From contig NC_043011.1 of NCBI RefSeq assembly GCF_006345805.1, positions 44,590,464-44,654,463 of the forward strand: a stretch of DNA of 64,000 nucleotides, given 5' to 3'. The notes under the pieces are model-generated. The model saw only the letters and a program-made list of their open reading frames with translations, was not told the DNA's origin and made no database searches. Below, one piece after another: positions 1 through 10,649 of the stretch. Numbering within the stretch: the first letter of the stretch is position 1; each line of letters begins with the position of its first letter. This DNA is from Octopus sinensis (lineage: Eukaryota). The translations under genes were made by a program, and so were the position numbers.

Positions 1-233
1 AAGATCAAAGCCTCTGCCCCCACCACTAGAAACCACAAAAATTTAATAATGAACTAGCGGGACCTATGGAAATTCCAGTGTAAGTCAGCATATTTGAACA
101 CACTCTGTTAATATATTAAACACAAGCAAGGAATTTCAAAAAATTCTTTGGAAATCCTACCATTTTAAGATAAAGGTGTAACATCCACAGCTATTTTACA
201 TTATTTTAACTATTTATTGATGTATCTTTTGTG

Positions 234-568
234 TTACCAGCGATGCCTTACTGGCACTTGTGCTGGTGGCACTTGAAAAAAAATTCGAGCGAGGTTGTTG
301 CCAGTGCCGCTAGACTGGCTCCTGTGCAGGTGGCACATAAAAAACACCATTTGAGCATGGCTGTTGCCAGTACTGCCTGACTGGCCCTCATGCCAGTGGC
401 ACGTAAAAGCACCCACTACACTCTTGGAGTGGTTGGCATTAGGAAGGGCATCCAGCTGTAGAAACTCTGCCAGGTTAGATTGGAACCTGGTTCGCCAGTC
501 CTCAGTCAAATCGTCCAACCCATGCTAGCATGGAAAGCGGACATTAAACGATGATGATGATGATGATC
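234..568 (+). mobile_element. RTE-LINE 3' UTR fragment ending in (GAT)n tail
   Basis: Similar to the 3' UTR downstream of the RTE ORF at 23470-23056 (aagggcatccagctgtagaaac...aacccatgctagcatgg...ttaaacgatgatgat). Confidence 0.8.
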
Positions 569-1442
569 TCAACTGAGCCTAAGGTTTAAACACACAAATG
601 CAGAGTAATATAAACTTTCTTCATCTCTTGTGTATTCTCTTTCTATTTTCTTTCACTGATCCTGTTATCTCAGTTTCTCTCTTTGACTCCCCACTTTCAC
701 TTTATATATTTTTCTCCATTCAAGTTATTACCTCCCTTGGTGTAACACACAGACAAAATAAGAAGACTGCAGGTACAAGCAGAATAATATTATAGATGAA
801 AATGCAGTGACTACAAAATATGTAGAGGAGGAGGAGGAAAAATTTAATTAACCACATTGTACCTGCTGTGTGTGTGTGTGTGTGTGTGTGTATCTTTGTA
901 TTTGAATTTGTTCCCCATTAGTGCTTGATGACTGTTGGTTTGTTTATGTCCTCATAACTTAACAGTTTGAGAAAAAGAGGTTGATAGAATAAGTATGAAG
1001 CTTAAAAAATAGGTATTGCGGTCGATTTCGTTTGACTAAACCTTTTAAGGTGGTGCCCCAGCATGGCTGCAGTCGAATGACTGAAACAAGTAAAAGATAG
1101 AAATTTAAGAAACAGGGGGTCTTTCAAAATGATTAAAAAACATGCAGACAAATACACAGCCATGACCCCCAGGGGCTTATACACACACGCACATATAGAA
1201 CAGCACTACAAGGCACTGCAAACATATTACTCGGAGTACGTTTGATACAGGTAACACAACAAAACCACAACAAGATCCGGCACACAGCCAAGGCTTATAG
1301 AGCTGTAACTGGGACATGAATTTGTAAGGGAATTAATTTTTTTGAATATAAATGAGGACACAACATTTCTACGACAGATAAGCAGCAAGGGTTACATGCT
1401 GTGTGTATGTATACGTCAGGGGGAGGGTGCAGTCAAACTAAC

Positions 1443-1502
1443 CTGAATTGGTAGAGGCGGTCGCCATTTACGGACACACCTGACATTCTCGTAAGAATAC
1501 CA
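1443..1502 (-). CDS. Putative 60-nt coding exon: WYSYENVRCVRKWRPPLPIQ
   Basis: Acceptor ttatattttcag|, donor CAG|GTTAGT, phase 0/0. In frame with the upstream exon ending ...SSRK. Confidence 0.7.
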
Positions 1503-1699
1503 CTGAAAATATAACCCAGTATAAATGACATGTATAGCAAATATGCAAATACACACACACACACACACGTATCTCAGTGTGCGTGTGTATATACATACAT
1601 ATATATATATATACACACACACACACAAACACGCACACACATATACATATATGTATATATGACCAAACACAAGTAAAAACACAAAAGGGACAAATTTTC

Positions 1700-2075
1700 A
1701 CAGAATGAAGGAACCTATGTCTCATCAGTCGGGGAAGCAGCTCTGTAGGTGTTTCAGCCCCTTCCACCATGACACCAGAGCTGCCTGGGGGAGGGGGGTG
1801 GAGCACCTATGTAGGCAACAAAACACCCCCCACAAGAGCAGAAGCTTTGTAGAGTCAAATGTTGTGACTCTGAGTATGATGTTTCTATCATCCTCAATGC
1901 TCGTCCTTACTGCACTGTTCATCCTCTCTCTTGAGCTAGATGTAATGGTTTGCTTTCTCAGCAGCATCCAACAATTTTCTGACAACATCTTTTCTCTCCT
2001 TCACAGCTAGTCCAAGATTCCTGAGCATTGAGTGAATCCTGGTACCAACAACTCTTCTAACACCAACCTCAACAC
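1700..2075 (-). mobile_element. Decayed 3' end of a HERO-like (restriction-like endonuclease) non-LTR retrotransposon
   Basis: Minus-strand translation across a frameshift gives VEVGVRRVVGTRIHSMLRNLGLAVKERKRCCQKIV/DAAEKANHYI*LKRE. This resembles the EVGxRG...AEKASxWxWxKR C-terminus of HERO-clade ORFs and is followed by a structured 3' UTR. Confidence 0.7.
1718..1790 (-). ncRNA. Candidate non-circularly permuted hammerhead ribozyme in HERO-like 3' UTR (copy 1)
   Basis: GGUGUC (1776-1771) pairs with GAAACACC (1755-1748). Outer helix is GCAGCUCU/AGAGCUGC. CUGAUGAG lies at 1728-1721. UGG-U-GGAAG can pair with CUUCCCCG as stem I. Confidence 0.55.
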
Positions 2076-2137
2076 AAAAGCATATTAAGATCAATTAAGA
2101 TCAAACCCCAGGAGTTGACCAGTATTGTATTTAATCC

Positions 2138-2355
2138 AAGGCGGCGAGCTGGCAGAAACATTAGCACGCAGGGTAAAATGCTTCGTGGTATTTCGTCTGT
2201 CTTTACATTCTGAGTTCAAATTCTGCTGAGGTCAATTTTGCCTTTCATCCTTTCAAGGTCGATAAATTAAGTACCAGTTGCATATCGGTGTCAAACTAAT
2301 CGACTGACTCCACCTCCCCAAAAATTTTGGGTCTTGTGCCTAGAGTAGAAAAGAG
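2138..2355 (+). mobile_element. SINE family B (tRNA-like head, central gcctttcatcctttcggggtcgataaattaagtacc domain)
   Basis: Head aaggcggcgagctggcaga..., B-box-like gagttcaaatt and a conserved central domain. Many other copies in the window. Confidence 0.85.
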
Positions 2356-2544
2356 TATTTTATTTAATCCCTGAAGGATAAAAGACAAATCTCAAGTCCC
2401 CGATGTGATTTGAACCCAGTGTATGAAGATAAGCACGAGGTACTTTGTTTGTCACTAGCAACAGCAATTATAACAAGTTAGAGAGGAAGCCTATACATGG
2501 TAGTTCAACTATGGTGGCGACGATGACAATAATAATAATAAAAT

Positions 2545-3068
2545 TCCCTGATGCAGTACCAGGCATAGCTTCTGTCCTTAACTGATTGGAAGTGTTATCA
2601 TGTACATGTTTTGTCTTGGTATAAAAGATGGGCTACAGCAAATATTCTGCTCAATACCACAGATTTACTTGTCAGTTGTTTGAAATTAACCAGTTGAGCA
2701 TGTCCCTTAGTGACTGACGATAGGTGCATTTCCGATCGCAATCAGAAATAGTGGAGGAGCATTAGTCATGTGTTGAAAGGAATTCTTTGGGGTTTGGATA
2801 ATTCACCTCTGGATTTACGGGTGTTTCGTTCAACAGCCTTAAACAACCCTTATTTAGGGAACTTTTGAGTGGGATGGGCTACTCAACCTGAAGAAAATTC
2901 TAACTGGGCCCCACCTGCAAGTTCATGTGTTGTTTATCTTGGTATGAGATCACCATGTCCCGCACATATGATTGTGATGCATGTGCCTGGAGTAGTCATG
3001 ATGGGTATATTAAGCTTTGTATATTTTACCTTAGTGTCACTTTGATGGCATGCACTGCTCTCTCACTC
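2545..3068. mobile_element. ~520-bp dispersed element embedded in (TAA)n; partial second copy at 3872-4143
   Basis: The two copies share gggccccacctgcaag...cagtgtcactttga...ctctctcactc(aat)n. Copy 1 is flanked on both sides by TAA repeats. No convincing ORF. Confidence 0.7.
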
Positions 3069-3087
3069 AATAATAATAATAATGATA

Positions 3088-3139
<52 letters not shown>

Positions 3140-3156
3140 TAGGGTTTAGATGTTAC

Positions 3157-3422
3157 CTTTCTGGATGAGTTGAAATCTGGAGTTGAAATACTGATGTCTT
3201 TATTAGCAACTGGCCAGAGTTTAAACATCGTCGACCCACTCCAGCCATCCTTACGAATGCCATCCAATGCACTAAGTCCTTCAGACGGAGAGATGTCTGC
3301 CGTAGAATACAGATCCTTAACAGAACAGGGACGGCTTTCAACAGTGAACAGGTTGCATTCGTAGCCATGTTTTGCATCGAATGGTGGTGTGTTCTTGTGG
3401 AATTTCTTCAAGTCAATGGATG
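3157..3422 (-). CDS. Putative internal coding exon (266 nt): (A)SIDLKKFHKNTPPFDAKHGYECNLF...NKDISISTPDFNSSRK
   Basis: Polypyrimidine acceptor ctttttctcttttattccaacag|, donor AAG|GTAACA and an 88-codon open frame of complex sequence amid repeats. Phase 1 in, phase 0 out. Confidence 0.8.
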
Positions 3423-3655
3423 CTGTTGGAATAAAAGAGAAAAAGAAATTAATAAAATCGCTAAAAGAAGAGGGGAAAATTAGTCGAACAAACATTTGAA
3501 CACAAGATGCAGAGACATGCAAAATATCACTAAGCATTTGGTAATTCGTCCATCACTGTGTTCTGAGTTCAAATCCTGCTGAGGTCGACTCTGTCTTTCA
3601 TCCTTTCAAGGTTGATAAAATAAGTACCAGTGGAATAATAATAATAATAATAATA

Positions 3656-3686
<31 letters not shown>

Positions 3687-4173
3687 CTTCTCTACTATGG
3701 GCTCAAGGCCTGAAATTTGGGAGTGGACTGGTCAATTACATTGACCACAGTGTTTCACTGCTACTTAATTTACCAACCCCAAAAGGATGAAAGGCAAAGT
3801 CGACCTCGGCAGAAATTGAACTCAGAATGTAGTGATGGACAAAATGCCACTAAGCATTTCACCTGACATGCTCTGGATGTTTTGTTCAATATCCTTAAAC
3901 AACCCTCATTCAGGGACATTTTGAGCAGGATAAACTACTCAACCAGAAAAAAATTCTAACTGGGCCCCACCTGCAAGGTCATGCGCTGTTTTCTTTGATA
4001 TGAGATCACCATGTTGCACACATATGGTTGTGATGCATGTACCTAGTGCACCCTTATCAGATAGGTAGACATGATGGGTATATTGGGCTTTGTATATTTG
4101 TACCCCAGTGTCACTTTGACGGCATGCGCTGCTCTCTCACTCAATAATAATAATAATAATAATTATAATAATA

Positions 4174-4211
<38 letters not shown>

Positions 4212-4244
4212 GTAATAATAATAATAATAATTATTATTATTATC

Positions 4245-4470
4245 ATAGACGTCACACAGTATACAATATTGTGAGGTTGCTGATTGAAGATATTGTATCT
4301 ACTGTGGGTTTGTACTGTTTGTCAAGTCACAACAAGGACCTCAGACAGACGGAAATTTACACAATATGTGTGCAGTTCCAAGTAATGCCGACTTTTGCAA
4401 TACACCTCTAGATTGTAGGGTATCTCTAAGGTTTTCAGATGTTTTTCAGATTGGGTGGCATTGAACCCAT
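4245..4470 (-). mobile_element. R4/Dong-like non-LTR retrotransposon 3' end
   Basis: Minus strand encodes LEIPYNL.../LQKSALLGTAHILCK, typical of the R4/Dong C-terminus, followed by a 3' UTR ending in (TAA)n. Confidence 0.7.
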
Positions 4471-4815
4471 TATTATTACTATTATTATTATTAAGCAGGT
4501 GAGATGTCAGAATTCTTAGGGCACCAGAAAAAAATGCTTTGGTAGGAATTTGTTCCAGCTCTTTACATTCTGAACTCGAATCCAAATTTAGGTCAACTTA
4601 GCCTTTCATCCTTTTGGGGGTCGATAAAATAAAATATCAGCGAAGTACATTGAAGATGTAGTCAACTTGTTTCCTCCCTTCAAAACTGCTGGCACGTACT
4701 AAAATTAAAAACAATTATCATCACCATCATCATCATCATTGCCATTGCAATTAATCCATTTGTGGTGCCAGTCATAACATATGGTTCCGTATTAGTGGAG
4801 TGGAGCGTAACATAC

Positions 4816-4882
4816 CTAAATAGATTCCACAGACGGTAATGCGATAAACAGCACCATGTAAAAACACAGTATGACTTGACAT
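4816..4882 (-). CDS. Putative coding exon (first coding exon seen) of an unidentified gene: MSSHTVFLHGAVYRITVCGIYL + 1 nt
   Basis: On the minus strand there is an ACTAAC branch-point-like motif near 4912-4917, candidate acceptors cag|4897 and tag|4882, an ATG at 4882 and a donor AG|GTATGT after 4816. The exon ends in phase 1, matching the phase-1 start of the 3422 exon. Sequence is non-repetitive. Confidence 0.6.
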
Positions 4883-5055
4883 CTAACGAACGTACATCTG
4901 TTTGTGAACAGGTTAGTGGTGGTGTTTGGTGGGGGGTGGGGGTGGATTGAATATCAAGGGAAGAATCAGGGAGTACTTCGAGAAGACAGTTATTAGGTTG
5001 GTCCCTACCTTTTAAACTCACAAAAAGGGCAAGCTACACAGGAATCAATTATAAT

Positions 5056-5410
5056 CATCATCATCATCATCGTTTAACGTCCGTTCTCCATGCTAGCATG
5101 GGTTGGACGGTTCGACTGGGGATCTGGGAAGTCAGAAGGCTGCACCAGGCTCCGGTCTTATCTGGCAATGTTTCTACAGCTGGATGCCCTTCCTAACGCC
5201 AACCACTCCGTGAGTGTAGTGGGTGCTTTTTACGTGCCACCTGCACTGGTGCCAGGCGAGGCTGGCATCGGTCACAGTCGGATTGGTGCATTTTACATGC
5301 CACCTGCACGGAAGCCAGTCGAGGCGGCACTGGCTTCGGCCACGATTCGGATGGTGCTTTTTACGTGCCACCGACACAGAAGCCAGTCGAGGCAGCGCTG
5401 GCATCGGCCA
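5056..5410 (-). mobile_element. 5'-truncated young RTE 3' UTR
   Basis: Nearly identical to 22463-22820, including the internal ~60-bp tandem units and the (CAT)n tail on +. Confidence 0.85.
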
Positions 5411-5432
5411 AAACAAAAATGAAGCAAATACC

Positions 5433-5467
<35 letters not shown>

Positions 5468-5707
5468 CCTTTCTACTAATTGCACAAGGCCTGAAATTTG
5501 GGGGGAGGGGACTAGTCGATTACATCGATCCCAGTGTGTAACTGGTACTTATTTCATTGACCCTGAAAAGATGAAAGGTGTCGACCTCAGCAGAATTTGA
5601 ACTCCGTATGTAATGACGGACGAAATGTTGCTAAGCATGTTGCCCGGCGTGCTAACGATTCTGTCAGCTTGCTGCCTTGTTGCTAATAATAATAATAACA
5701 ATAACAA

Positions 5708-5752
<45 letters not shown>

Positions 5753-5994
5753 GATTTCTTTATTAACCACAAGGGTTTACTTTAAGAAAAAACATTATGG
5801 GCAGTACAGGACAAAACAAAGACCCCAGTGCTCAACTGGTACTTATTTTATCAGCCCCATAAAGATAAAAGGCAAAGTTGACCTCAGCAGGGTTTGAACT
5901 CAGTCATAAGGTAAACAGTTGGAAGAAATGTCACTAAGCATTTTGTCCAGCATGGTAGCAATTCTGCCAACTCACTGCCTTGATAATAATAATA

Positions 5995-6240
5995 AAGAAA
6001 AAATAAAAAACTTGCATGGTAATTGACAAGGCATGTCTTGTTGACAAGATCAAAGAGAAAGAAGAAAAACTGAAGGACTCTGACAATTTGAAGTGGGTAA
6101 TAGGCAGGTTATGGGCAATGAAGAGAGTGAACATGATACCAATAGTAATCAGCACGCTTGGAAATATCAGCACTCAACTACCAACATGGCTCAAAAAGAT
6201 TGGTACAAATGTACAGATAGAACACCTACAAAAATCATCA
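5995..6240 (+). mobile_element. R4/Dong-like endonuclease-domain fragment
   Basis: VIDKACLVDKIKEKEEKLKDSDNLKWVIGRLWAMKRVNMIPIVISTLGNIS...EHLQKS resembles the R4/Dong RLE motifs (IDxACP...KxEK...LW...IPIVIGALG...LQK). It begins next to (TAA)n and is truncated by a SINE. Confidence 0.75.
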
Positions 6241-6642
6241 GACGTAGGAGTGGCTGTGTGGTAATTAGCTTGCTTACCAACCACATGGTTCCAGGTTCAT
6301 TCCCACTGCATGGTACCTTGGGCAAGTGTCTTCTGCTATAGCCTCGGGCCAACCAAAGCCTTGTGAGTGGATTTGGTAGACGGAAACTGAAAGAAGCCTT
6401 TTGGGGTTGATAAATTAAGTACCAGTTATGCACTGGGGTCGATGTAATCGACTTAATCCCTTTGTCTGTCCCTGTTTGTCCCCTCTATGTTTAGCCCCTT
6501 GTGGGCAATAAAGAAATAAGAATAGTAATGAAAGGATTCATAGGTAGAAAAAAAAATGGTTGAGAACCCCTGTACTATAAGGCAGCTAAGCAGATGAAAA
6601 GCAGAAACCAGACTTTGCAGAATTTGAACTCAAAGACATTAA

Positions 6643-6862
6643 CCCTTTCATTACTGTATTTATTTTGAGATGCTCTGTGTTTCTTTCAACTACTTTAAAT
6701 ATTACAAAGAATTTACTAAAATAACATAGTTATCATTCAGCAAGTGTTAGGAACATAAATTGTGACTAAAGTTTGGTGGAAGATTTTAATTCAAAACCTA
6801 TGAAAATAAGGCAGTTGTACTCAGAACCAGAGCCGGTTTTAGCTGGGTTGGTGACGAAAGGG
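6643..6862. mobile_element. piggyBac-type MITE (220 bp) inserted into a SINE B copy
   Basis: TTAA on both sides (6639-6642, 6863-6866) and TIRs CCCTTTCATTAC / GTGACGAAAGGG. The flanking SINE sequence is continuous across TTAA. Related partial copies lie at 39028-39201 and 53910-54523. Confidence 0.85.
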
Positions 6863-7811
6863 TTAAGATGGATGAAATGCTGCTAATCATTTTGTCCAGT
6901 GTGCTAATAATTCTGCCAGGCTTCAGCAACAGCAGCAACCCTTTCTACTACAGACACAAGGCCTGAAATTTTGTGGGTGAGAACACGTTGATTATGTAGG
7001 TCCCAATGCTGCTTGACTGATATTTAATTTATCAACCTCAAAAGGATGAAAAGCAAAGTAGATCTCAGTGGAATTTGAACTCAGAACCAAAGTTTCCTTT
7101 TCATTTCTAATAGGGTCTAAAACAACAATGTGAGGTATACTTGCCATCTCAATATGGCTAACCACTAAGGGTGGGTGTTACTGTAGCTTGTAGCCCCAGG
7201 AGAACATCGTCTCCAGCTGGCTTTAGGCACACTTTCTGTGCCTTATGGTATTTGTCATATTATACCTCGTTCAGAGATTTGTTATTGCTCTAAAACAACA
7301 ATTTGAGGGAAATATGGCTGCTATTTCTAGCAGGTCATATGATCATATAAGAGACACCAGTATTGCTAATTTTGGATAAATAAAATTTAGCCAGGTGCAT
7401 TATGGTGAGATTACATGAGATTTAGGCAGGTGCATATGTTTTATGTATTAAGATAGTTGAGATTACAGGTGAAAGCCAGGTGTGTTGAAAATGTTTTGAC
7501 GAGTTAGACTACAGGTTATATGAGAAATAAATACAATAGAAATGTCTACACACACATGCAGACAGTTATAAAAATTTTTTTTATTCTAGATTAATTTAAT
7601 TAGTATTGGTGACTATAATAGATTTCCTACATATAGTAGAATACAAACCATGTAAGCATGCATATATCTGTGTGTGTGTATGTGTGTGTGTACACATACA
7701 TGCACATCCCAGCTATCCATTTATAATACTTACACACACATGCATAAATACAAAACATTTACATATATACATATATGTATATACACACACATTTTTATAC
7801 AAACATACATG

Positions 7812-7846
<35 letters not shown>

Positions 7847-8146
7847 GAGGCGCAATGGCCCAGTGGTTAGGGCAGCGGACTCACGGTCGTAGGATCGCGG
7901 TTTCAATTCCCAGGCCGGTTGTGAGTGTTTCTTGAGTGAAAACACCTAAAAGCTCCACGAGGCTCCGGCAGGGTGTGGTGATCCCTGCTTTACTCTTTCA
8001 CCACTCTTTCTCCCACTCTTTCTTCTGTTGGCCTGCTCGCTTAGCCAGTGGGGTGGCATCATTCGAAGGCTAAAACAATGCGAACGCATTGTGACCAGCG
8101 ATGTGTAACATGGTCTGGTCGGTCACATGATCACGTGATCACATGA
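7847..8146 (+). mobile_element. SINE family C (tRNA-derived head, tail of cacgtgat units)
   Basis: A-box tggcccagtggttag and B-box-like ggtttcaattccc. Near-identical copy at 58026-58327. Inserted in (TA)n. Confidence 0.85.
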
Positions 8147-8232
8147 TATATATATACACACACACACTTATATATACCTCTGTATATATAAATATATATA
8201 GATATATATGTATGTACACACGTACACATACA

Positions 8233-8878
8233 TAATCTGATCAATAAGTATCCAGACTATTGCCATAGTAACGAAGCTAAAGCATGCAGAGTGAAGCTGC
8301 TTGGCACAGAGTGACCTTGAACTCTGCTGTGCATTCACACTAAGTTTTAATGCTCTATCTCGCTTCTGTTTATAGCAATGCTTAGTAGGAAGGTGTGTAG
8401 CGTGTGATCATCGCATTGACCATAACCGAGAAAGTTGAGCAGAGGATCTGCATCAAATTTTGCCAAAAGCTTGGCGATACCTGCTCAGACACCTATGTAA
8501 AATTTTCAAAAAGTTTTCATCATTCTCAACACAATCAAGATCTTCTCCCCTCACAGCTGCATGCACATCTGCAATGTTTTTCTCAGTTCTGCTGGTTGTG
8601 GGTCTCCCAGAACATTTGTCAATACCGACATTTTTTTGGCCATCTTGAAAATGTTTGAACCACTCATACACTTGTGTGCAGCTCATACACTCCTCTCCAT
8701 ATACTTTCTGCAACTTCACATATACTTCAGAGCAGGTATCGCCATGACAACTTTCTCTGTCATGCTACACACCTTCCTTCCAAGTACTGTTGTAAACAGC
8801 AGAAGTGAGCTAGAACATTAAAACTTAGTGCACATACACAGCTGAGTTCAACAACTATTTGTGCCCAGCAACTTCACA
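8233..8878. mobile_element. Fold-back mariner derivative made of two inverted 5' halves
   Basis: The + strand encodes TEKVEQRICIKFCQKLGDTCS. The minus strand encodes KLQKVYGEECMSCTQVYEWFKHFQDGQKNV...SGRPTTSRT (mariner HTH). Segments 8291-8430 and 8750-8878 are reverse complements. Confidence 0.8.
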
Positions 8879-10649
8879 TTTTTGCCAGCTGAGTGAACTG
8901 GAGCAACATGAAATAAAGTGTCTTGCTAAAGGACACAATGTGTCACCAGGAATTGAACTCACAACCTTATGATCGTGAGCTGAATACCCTAACCACTAAG
9001 CCATGCACGTTCACTATATATATATGTACACATACACACACATAAATACAAATATGTGCATATATATATATATATAATTATACATATACAATACCATTAC
9101 CATGAACACCACCATCACCACCACATCACCACCTTCACCACCATACTCCTAGTCTACTACCACCCACACACTAGTTTTTTCCCAAACATTTCTATAAATT
9201 CTAGTTTTTATTTAATCTCCATATATTTTTATTGACCAGTAAACCTACCTGCACCCACTACCATACCACCACTATCACCACGACAACCACCACCACACTA
9301 CAATAGCCAACACCACACTGTTACAACACACAGCACCGTCACCACCATAAGAGGCATTCCAGAAGTTTTAAAACATTTTTAGGAGACACAGTAGATTTCT
9401 GTAATTTTAGTCTCTCGTTATTATACATCTAATAAGCTGACCTGACATTTTTTTGTTACGCCAGATTGAATGAGACTTTGAACACACCCTGCTAAACACT
9501 GCTTGTCACAACTGACTAGTTAGCAGAATGAAGGTAGGACGTGAAGACAATATGCAAGCTTGTTATGTGCAGTAGTTTTATATCAAACTGGGAGAAAGCA
9601 CTGCAGAAATTTTTGAAATGCTCCAAACTGGATATGGATTAACTTGTAGGAGCTGAGCATTTGTTTTTCACTGGCATAAGGGACCAGGCAATGCAAGTCC
9701 ACTGGGAAGCTCATGATGACCTACTTTTTTGCCAGCACGGACATCATCTACATCCACTGACACTTGTGCTGGTGGCACATGAAAAAATCATTCAAGCGAG
9801 GTCGTTACCAGTGCTGCACCAAGCTATTGCACCAAGCTTCACAGTCTGTTTTAGCGTGATCATTACCTATTTCTTTAATACCCACAAGGGGCTAAACACA
9901 GAGGGGACAAACAAGGACAGACAAACGGATTAATTCGATTACATCGACCCCAGTGCGTAACTGGTACTTAATTTATCGACCCCGAAAGGATGAAAGGCAA
10001 AGTCGACCTCGGCGGAATTTGAACTCAGAACGTAACGGCAGACGAAATACGGCTATGCATTTTGCCCGGCGTGCTAACGATTCTGCCAGCTCGCCGTGAT
10101 CATTACCAGCGTCGCCTTACTGGCATTTGTGCTGGGGGTACATGAAAAACAACATTCGAGTAAGGGCGTTGCTAGTGCCACTGGACTGGCTCCTGTGCAG
10201 GTGATACGTAAAAACACCATTTGAGCATGGCCGTTGCCAATACCACCTGATTGGCCCTCGTACCAGTTGCACGTAAAAGCACCCAGTGTGGTTGCCATTA
10301 GGAAGGGCATCCAGCTGTAGAAACTCTGCCAGATCAGATTGGAGTCTGGTGCAGCCATCTGGTTCACCAGACCTCAGTCAAACCGTCCAACCCATGCTAG
10401 CATGGAAAACGGACGTTAAATGATGATGATGATGATGATGATGACTGGGTTTCCTTTGGCCAGGTGGTCAACAGAATACTTTGCAGGGGTTTTGAAGGAG
10501 TTCAGAAAGAGATTTCATCACAAAAAGCCAAAGCAGTTGCCCCAGGAGAATGCACCAGTTGACAGTTCCATCCTGGTAACCAACAACTTGACACAGATGG
10601 GCATCAAAACTGACCTTCACCTTCCCTCTAGTCTTGACCTTTCTCCAAG

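Noticed and set aside
730-830. Possible fourth minus-strand exon (cag|tcttct...gag|gtaata)
   Set aside because: Splice signals are weak, the peptide is unconvincing, and the alternative acceptor gives an immediate stop.
1725-2010. ORF-track peptides at 1705-2010 and 1725-1988 as host exons
   Set aside because: Better explained as off-frame or antisense readings of the decayed HERO-like end.
7847-7920. Possible tRNA genes at SINE heads (also 58026, 54950)
   Set aside because: The cloverleaf is incomplete and each continues into a multi-copy SINE body.
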